Of a DNA stretch of 64,000 nucleotides, positions 53,744 through 64,000 are shown in pieces (the first letter of the stretch is position 1; each line of letters starts with the position of its first letter). A model generated the notes under the pieces. It was given only the letters and a program-made list of their open reading frames with translations. It was not told where the DNA came from and ran no database searches. Source of the DNA: Paragordius varius (taxonomy: Eukaryota; Animalia; Nematomorpha). The stretch lies in assembly GCA_964247055.1 (NCBI GenBank), contig OZ176051.1, positions 4,712,001-4,776,000 of the forward strand, in the 5' to 3' direction. The position numbers and the translations under genes were made by a program.

Positions 53744-55189
53744 ATGTTTGATTCGCTACAAATTTTGGTTGTGGGAATATTTGATATTTGGTTGTTAATC
53801 ATTCGAAAACTCATATTATTATTTATTCCGAACGTTTTCTTACGAAAAAACATCAAGGATAAAATAGTTTTCATAACTGGTGCGGGTCATGGACTAGGAC
53901 GCGTTTTGGCCAAAGAGTTAGCGCTTAAGGGAGCCATAATTTTATGTTGTGACATTAACAAAGAACTTTGTGATGAAGTCGTTGATGAAATTAATCAGAA
54001 TGGGGGTCAAGCAATCGCCTATATAGCGGATGTTAGCAAACGAACAGAAATGTATGAAACGGCCGAAAAAATAAAAAAGGATGTTGGAACCGTCGATATT
54101 CTTATAAACAATGCCGGTATTCGAGTTGGAGAAACCTTTTTAAACACGGCAGATTATAATGTTCAGCGTGTTTTGGCAGTCAATATCCTAGCACATATGT
54201 GGGTAAGTACTACTCATAATACAAATATTTTTCTAATAACATTTTTATTCTATCCATAGACTGTAAAAGCTTTTCTCCCAGGCATGATTGAACGTGATAA
54301 TGGCCATATAGTAACCGTGTCGAGTTTAGCTGGTTTATTTGGCGTCAATGGACTTGTCGATTATTGCACTAGCAAGTTTGCTGCTGTTGGTTTTCATGAA
54401 TCACTTTACTCTGAAGTTCAATGCTTAGGCAAATCTGGTATCAAATTTACACTCGTATGCCCTTACATCATAAACACTGGAATGTTTCCTTTCTCCAATA
54501 AACTGTAAGATTTTATTTTAATAAATATATATATGTATGTTGGATTATTTTATAATAGTTTGTATCGATTGATACTTAACAATGTGCTCGCAATTTAATT
54601 ATTCCAGGTAGAGAAATGCTTTCTAGGGTTAATAACTAAATAAAACGTTTCTTTAATATTAAAATTATATTCGTCTGGGTGAAACACTTTTGATAGCCAA
54701 ATACATTACGTACGTCATTAAAAATTGCCCTAAAACCTTTTTTATTTTAAATTCTTTTTTATACTTTCAATTTTTATATACTTCATATTGTACGGTAGCA
54801 AAAAAAATTTTCCAAAAAATATATGTGAATTTCGGTATTAAATAATTTAAAACATATTTTATTTATTATCTAGAGGGCTAACACTTGATCCAAAATATGG
54901 TGGTAAAAACATAGTCGAGGCCATCTTGACAGAAAAACAATTATTGATAATTCCTCGCATATTTCGATTGCTTTATTTTCTCAAAGGGTATGGAGAGATA
55001 TTTAATTTTTGTCTTAAAATATTTTATATAAAATGATAAATAACTTAATCAAAACTAAGAAAAATTCAAATAATCTTTATTTTTTTATCATGATAATTGG
55101 TTTTTAGATGTATGCCCCTTGAAATGCAATTTAAATTGGGTCGAATATTTGGCAATGATATATTCTTAAGTAAAGAATATTGGAACTAA
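53744..55189 (+). CDS. Short-chain dehydrogenase/reductase, SDR16C (RDH10/SDR16C5/HSD17B11-like), 299 aa
   Basis: join(53744-54202, 54260-54504, 54874-54987, 55108-55189) = 900 nt. N-terminal hydrophobic anchor, [17 protein letters not shown]. Confidence 0.92.
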
Positions 55190-56446
55190 TAGGCTCTCCC
55201 CCACATATATCTTAAGCCACATTGTGTGTTAATATATAAACTAATCAGCAATTCAATTGCCTTATTTTTATTTTTAACAATTAAATCTTAATTTTTTATG
55301 TATGCATTTAATCTAAAAATTTATACAAACATTGTGAATACGCTTTATTACACAAAATTTGTGACCATGATATATTTTTATCCATTTTTTGCAAAATATT
55401 TTTTACCATATGCGCAATTATTATATGGTTATCATAATTTTAATAAATTTCATATTGTATATAAATATAAAATGTTGGATTTTTTGTGATTCAGACTCCA
55501 TCATAAGCAAAATTCATAATCACCAAAAAAATTAAAACACTTACCTAGTTTAAACTAAAAGTTTTAAATTTTAAATCGTTTCCTAACAATTTATAATTCT
55601 CATTTTAGACCATGTATCAATGGAACACTGGTTAATCAATTAAAGTTACGTCTGTTTTTTCTTATTTTGAATATCTCAAGACTTATACTGTATATAAATC
55701 TCGAAGTCTTATTATAGTTATTATTAACAATAATTTTGGCACATTTAATTGATTTTTGTTTTAAAAAACCGCATAATATATGCATATATATACAAAAAGA
55801 AGAGGCAAATTTTTTACATTTTTCATCTACTAAAGACTTGAAACCTAAAAATTATTGTATTTTCACGTTTATATAAACCAAAACCATAAATATTAAAATT
55901 CACCTCCAATATTTTAAAGGCAGAACATTTTACAAATTGTAAAATCGAAAAAAACCCTAAACTGGTATCGTTTCCTCATATAACCTGTTAATTTATAACT
56001 TTCAGTAGCGTATGCAAAAATATTTAAGTTAGAGGGTGCCAAAAAAAGGTTGGAAATTGCTTTGAGATATATTTATATATATATATATATATTGATGACA
56101 AACACTCGCTCAACGCTAAACTAACTACTTCAATCAGAACACGAACAGTCCCAAGAAGTTTAATTGAAACATCACACAGTGCTGGAAATAAGATCAATAG
56201 TCAATGTGTTTCAAATAGATAAGTTAAAATGAGCGGAGTAACATACTAAAAACAATGTTACTTTACCAAGTTGACACTGCACGAAAAGCCAGGTCCATAA
56301 AATATATACCTGCAAACGATTTATTATGAGGATCTACTAGTGTACAACATAATTTGGTCATGAAGTTAACTCATGATAGGGGTTATGGAGAAAGCAATAT
56401 AAAGAGGTGTGTGCCTTTTGAAATAATCTATTAAATGATTTCGATC

Positions 56447-56447
<1 letters not shown>

Positions 56448-56489
<42 letters not shown>

Positions 56490-56495
56490 TATATA
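56448..56495. repeat. (TA)n microsatellite
   Basis: TA run with one CA interruption, abutting the MITE at 56496. Confidence 0.95.
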
Positions 56496-56731
56496 CAGTA
56501 AAATTACACGGACAAAAAATAAAAAACAAATGTTTTTTTTTAAAAGAGAACCAATTTTTTTAATTCTTGATTTTTTATATATAACTTAATGTTTTAAACT
56601 GTAAAGTATAAAATAGAGATACATATTGGTGATACAATCAATTATGCACTTTACTATTGTAATTAAATGGTTTTTATAAGGTAATGTCTTTGTATATTTA
56701 CGTTTAGTCCGTATAATTTCAATTTTTACTG
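56496..56731. mobile_element. MITE family B (Tc1/mariner-type, TA target) inserted in (TA)n
   Basis: TA-CAGTAAAATTACACGGAC ... GTCCGTATAATTTCAATTTTTACTG-TA imperfect TIRs, flanked by TA runs. Related copies near 28370-28622 and 60427-60600. Confidence 0.7.
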
Positions 56732-57036
56732 TATATATATATATATATATCGAAAAAAATCAATAAATAATGGTAATACCCTTTAATTTAGCCTTAATAC
56801 AATCATATACAATTAACTGATGTCAATTTATTTTGATTAAAATTCCAAGTTGTATAGGTATATATGTAAATCTTATTTGCTTTATAACAGTATTGCATGG
56901 TAGATTTGAGTTCATACAGGTAAAATTTTATGAATTATATCAAACGTGAATACTTATATACATACATACAAATTCACACACATTATTAAAATATAGATTA
57001 TATTTGTGAATATATTTCATTTTCTTTAGTTTTTGA

Positions 57037-57367
57037 TTAGAAAAATCCCATAAGATTGTTTGCATATGCCATGGCTTTAACGTTGGGATGTTCCTAAATA
57101 AAATCAATATAAAATGAAAATTATAATTATAGATTAACTCTTTATATCCAGAAATTGTTAAAAATAATTTATTTTTGATAAAATTTATTTAATAAAAATA
57201 TTTACCACAGCTTCGAATGTCGTATATTTTGGTTGAATATTATCGGCAGTAATGGTCAAAAATGCGCCTTTATTACCAGTGGTGTCACTAAAAAGTATTT
57301 GAAAAAAAGAAATTAATATACATTGTTTTATAATAAATTGTAACAAAATAAAAAGGAAATATTTAAA

Positions 57368-57411
<44 letters not shown>

Positions 57412-60400
57412 ACAGCGAAATTAATAAAATAAAATTTATTAGAATTCCTAATTCTAACTGCAAATACATATGAATCTTTAAGCATATGATGTAAAAAAGT
57501 TTTAAGTTTTACCATTCTACCTTTCATTCGAAATGTTTAAAACAAAATATACCAATAATTAGGGGCGGAAAAAACGGTTATACATTTGCCATCATGAGCT
57601 ATTTCATAACCTTGGTCCTTAACCTCGTGACTTCTTACAATGTATTCCAAATTATTTTTTTCCAGGAACCTAAAAGTAATAATATAATTTAAAAAAAATT
57701 TAAAACAAATTATTAGGAACCTTAACATTTCATTACCTGGAGTAGATTTTTATCCCAGAATAATTTCAAATATATGTGGTCAAATCAAAAATATGAATAT
57801 GCATTATAGGAGGCCAAAAAGACATATTTGGTTAAAAAATTGTAAAAATATACTAAACTCAGGCATTTAGTCGCCAATTTTTTGGATCGATTCGCTAACA
57901 TTGAAAATGTATGTGTGGTTAAACATAAAAAGCTTTTGATAATATTTCGACGTCAAATTTTCGATACTTTTTATTAATTAAAATCTGTTTGTTTTAAAAA
58001 GTTCAGCGCTATGTGGATTTGATACCAATACGAAACTGTTAAAAATAAAAGCTTTGTACATCTCATTTATAATTAAATATTTTATAATATAATATATTTT
58101 GACCAAAACATCCATTTAATACTATATTTTATTACAAATTTTGTCCTGGGATTTCATTTATCCCCAAAAAATAAAAAACTATTTTTTTAAAAGCAACCAT
58201 AATTTTAAAATGATAAGTCTGTAAAACATCGATGCTAACTGTAAAAAACAACTTTTTTTACCTTTTTGTAACATCAGGACCGAATGAAATGCCGACACCT
58301 CTTTTGCTGGGAGAACGTCCATTTAAAGGCTGTGGATCAGACCATAACAAATCACACATTAATCCTATTTTTTGGAATTTTTAATGTTGCAAAAAAAATT
58401 GAAATTTTGTTATAATTGAAAAAAGCCGAATACTGAAATGTATTTTAATAAAATAGATTATTTGGTAAATACTATATAAATGAAGATATTAATTATTTTG
58501 TATTGAAAATTTTAAACTATAGAATTATTATATACCATTTACAATTCAAATTCACCCTTGAACAATTCAAATTCACCCTCGAACAATTCGAATTCACCCT
58601 CAAATAAATTATATTTTTTTAAGAATAAAAATTGCCTATATTTTTGTATATTCTTAAAAAATATAATTTTGTTTTTTTATAATACTGAAAAATAATAAAC
58701 TATGCCATAAAGATATATTTCATTTTAATAATGAGTATTAGTTCGAAAACATAATTTATATTTAAGGTGAATTTGAATTATTCGTGAGTAATTTCGAACT
58801 GTAGATGGAATATCACATTTAATTGAAGTTCTATTACCCTTAATTCCTTATTGTTTATTTAAAAAATTAATTAATATAAAGTTTTTACAAAAAAATATCA
58901 TATCGAAAAAAATTTCGGGTTTGATAAAATAGATGACCGAAAATATTTGTAAAAATAATTCCTTTAAACCGGTTTCTGGGGGTTGTCTTTTCCGATCTAT
59001 GGATTTTATATCTTTGAGCGTAACATCATCTTCGTTAAAAAGACCGCCGTGCATTACCTTAGACAAAAAAATAAATATAAATCATAAGATGGGAAAAATT
59101 ATATATTTTTATATAAATTGATTCAGTTTATTATTCAAAAAGATTAGCTAGCTACTATGTGCACCAAAAACCTGTGAAGAAATTACATAATATAGTACAA
59201 AAATAAATCATATTATTTTTCCACTCAGTTTTTTAAACAATAATATAAACTAGGTAAAAAATGAAGTACCGATTATAAAATTGAATAAATTACCGATCGA
59301 TTTACCCCTCCCTTTATAATAAATCGAAATCGAAATCGGAAATAAAAATTGAAGTATAAACTTAATATTACCGCTTTTTTATAAGTAAAAATTAATCAGA
59401 TACCAAAACTTTGTCTTGTATTAGGTAACAAAGGGGTAACAGACAAAATAATTCTTCAAAATATGTGTACATGGTTGCATTGTATTTAGCCTTAACTTCC
59501 CCCTCAAAACCATACATTTGATTCATCGTGAAAGCTTCGTGGTTACCTGCAAAATATTAGAAATTATATATAAATTTAAGTCAAAAGCGACATATTAACA
59601 TAACTCATTACTTAGGTTTTTTTAAACAAAATGGAAAATGATCATTTATGAAAATAAATATATATTAATTTTTATATTAAACTTTTTTTGATTAAAACTG
59701 CTACCAATGCATTTAATTTAGTAGAAAAGGCGTAAAATTGATGTATATAAGAAAATATTTTTTTAAAACTATTAAAATGTGTGTAAATAAACAGCAAAAT
59801 ACCTACCTCGTGTAAGGTAAAAAGCTTTTGGATATAAAATTTTAAATGACAAGAGTGTGAGTATGACTTCCAAGGAAAATGAGCCCCGATCAACGAAATC
59901 ACCATTAAATAACTAATTATATATAATAAAAAATTAATTTGCATGAAATAAATTTTTCGTAAACATAAATAAGATAAACCAAATAATGTGTTGTTAGATA
60001 TATTATTTTTGCATTTCGAGCAATATTAAAATTCATACATAACTAAAAACAGTGTCTGAATTAGCACAAAATTGGAAAGACTTTGTAAAAAATGAAAAAC
60101 TGTATTTTTATCTCCTAATTTATTGGATATACGCATAATTAAGGAAATAAAATTATCAAAATTTTAAATTTTGGAAAAAAATACAAATTATTAAGACTAA
60201 ATTTCGTGTTTTACATTCTTAAATAGCTATTCTAAGTAGGATAATGTGATACGTTGTAAAATAAATTAAAAAAATTAAAAATAAATTAAATTTACATATT
60301 GATTGGTTTGAGAGGGCATTTGATTCATTTCAAAAATGTGTAAAAGATCATAAAATTGACCATGTATATCGCCACAAATTGTTAATCTCTCATCCTAGGT

Positions 60401-62275
60401 AAAGCAAAAGAATAAAGCTCCAATTTACAGTAAAAAAAAATAAATTATCCAGAAAAGGTGCAAAAATTAAAAGACATTTATTTTTCAAAAAAAACAACCA
60501 TATAATAAAATCTTGATATTTCTCATTAAACTATATAATTACAATTTAAAAATATATGATTGGGTGTGTTACCAATATATCTCTATTCCTAATCTTGCAC
60601 CACAAAACGATGAGTAATATTTGAAAAAAAAAGAAAGGTTTCTTTTGGTTTCTTTTGGTTTTTAAGTTGTCTGTTTTTTAATTTTTGCAATAGGTTTCAT
60701 ATGTCAGAACCAATTTTTTCAAAAATAAAAACATACATCTTTAAGGGTGATTTGAACAAGCGTTTCTTCTTTATCAAATATCTCTTTGGCATCCCTTAAT
60801 ATCTAATGGTAAAAAATGATGTGCATTTAAAAATGATATATAATGCATTTGAAAAATTTTGTTGAATATCATATTATCTTTACACAATTTTTAGCCTTAT
60901 AATTTTCAAAGTCATTTATATAATATTTTGTAGTATCGAAAATAATATTATGTAATTTAAATAATTGTAATTAAAGATGTATGGTAATTATTTTTTGCAA
61001 AAATAGCATTTAATTGTAATTTCAAGAAAATTACTTTTAACACATATTTTTTGTGTAATTTCTTTTGATCCTTAAACCATTGAAGCATTTCTTCCACAAA
61101 TTTAATGTTTAACGTAAAATTGTCGGATTCGTCTAAGCGTGGACCCTTATAATCTTTTTCTATGACTAAAATGATTGAAGAATAAGTCAGCGAAAATAAA
61201 GTAAACTCGGCAAAAAAATTTAAATCATAAATTAATGTTTCTTTAAATTATAATTAAATTTAACTATTAAATAAATAAAATTTCACTCAGTCATTAAAAT
61301 GGATACAATTATATAAAATATACATTAAATAATTATTTCTACATAAATGTGGTCAGATATTTAATAAGTAATTTAAATATCCCATATATGCTATAAATAT
61401 TAAATAACTAGGCATAATTATGATTAGATAATACAATCAAATTGTTAGTAAAAAGTAAAAAATACAGAGCTAAATTTATTAAAAGTTAAAAAATGTCTAG
61501 ATCTGGGTTAATTAAATAAATTAAATTAAGCAATTTGCTAAGAATATGAAAAACCAAACCTTTTATAGGACAAACGTTACTTAATTATACACCCATCTTG
61601 TAAATTGTTAATCATCAAAAAATATTATTGTCGAATTCTTAAAAAAATAAAATAAGTTTGTATTATATACCTATGTTTGATAAATTTATAGTATCTATTT
61701 GAGAGACTTTAGGAGCGTCAAACGATATTGCCCGTTGAAATGCTTGTTCACGAATAATTTTATTGCATTCATTATATTTTGATTTGGCGTCTTTGTCATT
61801 GGGATAAAATTTGGTTACCTATTTTGGCAATAAAATGTGTCAAATATTTATTTAATTAGGAAAAATATAAGTATCTTACAGTTTCAAAGTCTTTAAGAGC
61901 CATTTTAAATTTCCCTAAAGCCATGTTTGCAGCGGCCCTTCGATAATATCCCTATCATAAAAATATAAGCATACTTTAATATATGATTTATTTATGTCAA
62001 TGGCTTTTGTTGCATCATTAAGTGCATATCCATAATTTTCAAGTTTGAGTTGAGCAAAACTTCTGTTTGCATAATATATGGCATTTTGCGGATCAATAGT
62101 TAGAGCCTTATCATAATATTCTACCGCATGATTGTAATCCCCATCTAATTATAAAAAATCTTTAAATACTTTTAAAATAAAGATTTGCTTTATTTTTATA
62201 ATCCTCGGCAAGATTTTTAGAGTTTGATTCGTCTTCGTTTTGTAAATCACCGTTTGCAAGATTTAGATTTTCCAT
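57037..62275 (-). CDS. PPP5C: Serine/threonine-protein phosphatase 5 (TPR + PPP catalytic domain), 14 exons, 495 aa
   Basis: Exons 62170-62275, 61975-62144, 61880-61951, 61671-61818, 61035-61165, 60737-60802, 60296-60394, 59807-59912, 59404-59546, 58970-59057, 58262-58364, 57553-57669, 57206-57287, 57037-57093 (1488 nt). TPR ...[18 protein letters not shown]; GDIHGQ, GDFVDRG, RGNHE, MHGGLF, RSHE, SAPNYC; C-terminus [17 protein letters not shown]. Confidence 0.98.
57369..57408. repeat. (TA)20 microsatellite in a PP5 intron
   Basis: Pure TA run. Confidence 0.95.
58531..58812. mobile_element. MITE family A copy (best preserved), in a PP5 intron
   Basis: TATACCATTTACAATTCAAATTCACCC followed by about 21-bp tandem AACAATTC(A/G)AATTCACCCT units; inverted degenerate copies at the right end. 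Confidence 0.8.
61952..61974 (-). other. 23-nt spliceosomal-type intron in PP5
   Basis: GTATGCTTATATTTTTATGATAG interrupts the conserved YIK|GYYRR; retention shifts the frame. Confidence 0.95.
62145..62169 (-). other. 25-nt spliceosomal-type intron in PP5
   Basis: GTATTTAAAGATTTTTTATAATTAG interrupts ANLYFK(N)|GDYNHA of TPR1; retention shifts the frame. Confidence 0.93.
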
Positions 62276-62357
62276 ACCCAAGTATACCATATGTCAGGCA
62301 GGTAAGTACCAAGGTAATAATGCTTAACAGATTGTAAAATTTTTATTCACAAAATTG

Positions 62358-62361
<4 letters not shown>

Positions 62362-62396
<35 letters not shown>
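62362..62396. repeat. (TA)n microsatellite upstream of PP5
   Basis: Pure AT run. Confidence 0.95.
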
Positions 62397-62398
<2 letters not shown>

Positions 62399-62544
62399 TA
62401 ATAATAGAAAAACGTATCAGGATTATAAGGGCGATGGTATAAGCCCATAAGAGTGATTAAAAAAGGTTATTTAAATTTTTGTGGTAAACGGTCCACATTG
62501 AAAAATGGCAAAATTTGAGCAAATTTTCATTTGGATATAACACA

Positions 62545-63079
62545 TTCGTTTCAGTCCTTTGATTCAAATTGGGGTAGTTAGATACCCCAGACTTGTTTAA
62601 AATTTTTATATCAAAAAATATGGAATAAATTAAAACCATGGAAAAGTTTCTCTTTATATAATTTAATAAACCGCAATATAATAAAAAATTCAAATACTTG
62701 ATATTACTCATTCAAAGGTAAAACCCAAAGTAAAAATTTAGCCAACTTGACATAAATGCATAAGCTAAATACAATGTAAAATATAATAATAATTTTTTTG
62801 TTATATTGTTAAATGTGATAAAAAAAGGTAAACGTTTTTAGGCTTATAATCAAATAAACACGATATTTTGCAAAAATTTTGTAAAATCGAAATGGCGTCC
62901 AAGTAGTTTGATAAAAAGCTTTTTTTCAAAACTCAATTTGTCCTATATATTTTGGCTTATTTATTTTATATTAGGATAGAACCATAAGTTTAAATAGGGC
63001 CATTCTATTCGGTAGTTTTTCATACCAATTTAAAAATGGTCTGGGGTATTTAGATACCCCAATTTTAATCGAAGTGTTA
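62545..63079. mobile_element. Inverted-repeat element, piggyBac-like MITE related to family C
   Basis: GATTCAAATTGGGGTAGTTAGATACCCCAGAC (about 62561) and its reverse complement GTCTGGGGTATTTAGATACCCCAATTTTAATC (about 63039). The right end reads AGTG-TTAA, and each arm contains a GGGGTA..TACCCC palindrome. Left boundary approximate. Confidence 0.55.
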
Positions 63080-64000
63080 AAAAACGTTTAATTTTAAAAA
63101 AAAAGGTCGTGTCAAACTGTTTCAGCAATTCAATGGCAAGTTTTTTGTGAGATAACCGTGTATGGATTCTGCGGCTAAAAGTTGAGTTAATATAAAATTA
63201 TTTATATTTATCAATAATAATTAGGATAGAAAAAATACAACAACGCTAAATTAAATACTTTTTAGGCTATGCCTTCTTAATGCTAATGTTTGCCTACGTT
63301 TAAACCAAAGTGCCCATATGCGCGAGCCTTTAAAAAAATTTACGGAATCGCGAAAAATTGAAATAAAAACAAACAAATTGAACATTTTATAATACTAGAA
63401 AAAATAGGAAAAATAAAGTTTATATCATCTTCTCTAAAATATTTTTTAATAAATTATTTATTTTATCTATTTTGTTTATTAAAACCATCGATCGTTTGCC
63501 GTATTACCGTTAGGTTTTTATATATTCCACACATAATTCCCAGATATATTGTATGCGTAGATTTTTCACAGCCTCATGATTAATAAATATAGTCGACAAA
63601 TTTGGTTTTTAAGCATCCCCACTCAAATTTTTGAATTTTGACTTATTTCAGTGTTCTATAACCGAATCTGAAAAAATTGATCCCCCAATCGGAATTTTGA
63701 GATATTACAGGTTTTTCAATTATCTAAAAACAAGAAAAAATAGACATAAAATCAAATATTTATAATAAAAAGTTATTATATTATAAAATTTGTATCATTT
63801 AATAAAGCCTTTCTGTTCTTTGATTATGAATATGTCTTTATAATATCAGGGAGAAAAAAATGGTACGGGTATAATCGTTAAAATTAAGTGTTTTTTAAAG
63901 CTAATTTTAAACAGGTATAAATTTATATTAAAAAAATACTAAAAAAGGCATTTTGTAATTTAAACCTTCGGCTTTCAGGCTATATTTATTTTGTTAGTTT

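Noticed and set aside
58545-58592. About 21-bp periodic repeats resembling a CRISPR array
   Set aside because: No unique spacers, eukaryotic context, and they are subterminal repeats of MITE family A.

Overview
A very AT-rich, intron-containing eukaryotic window, probably from an invertebrate animal; the species cannot be named from the sequence. By-eye splicing gives ten host genes. They are the 3' end of RBX1, an unidentified coiled-coil gene, a cluster of three divergent class A-like 7TM receptors, an 11-exon Na+/Ca2+ exchanger, a large zinc-finger/RS-rich protein, a GT31 (brainiac-like) glycosyltransferase, an SDR16C-type dehydrogenase, and a complete 14-exon PP5 phosphatase. Mobile DNA includes a full-length RTE retrotransposon with a 17-bp target-site duplication (TSD), a hAT (Blackjack-like) transposon with an 8-bp TSD, a mariner remnant, several MITE families and many (TA)n tracts. 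Four observations stand out. (1) Ultra-short 23-26 nt GT-AG introns sit at gene 5' ends alongside ordinary 57 nt to multi-kb introns; two of them are forced by PP5 conservation. (2) The hAT carries an inverted, deletion-riddled copy of its own transposase, which could form a self-silencing hairpin. (3) The RTE inserted 2-3 nt upstream of a receptor gene's splice-acceptor AG. (4) The receptors lack a C-terminal tail and have a long first intracellular loop. All gene models are manual; no database search was run.
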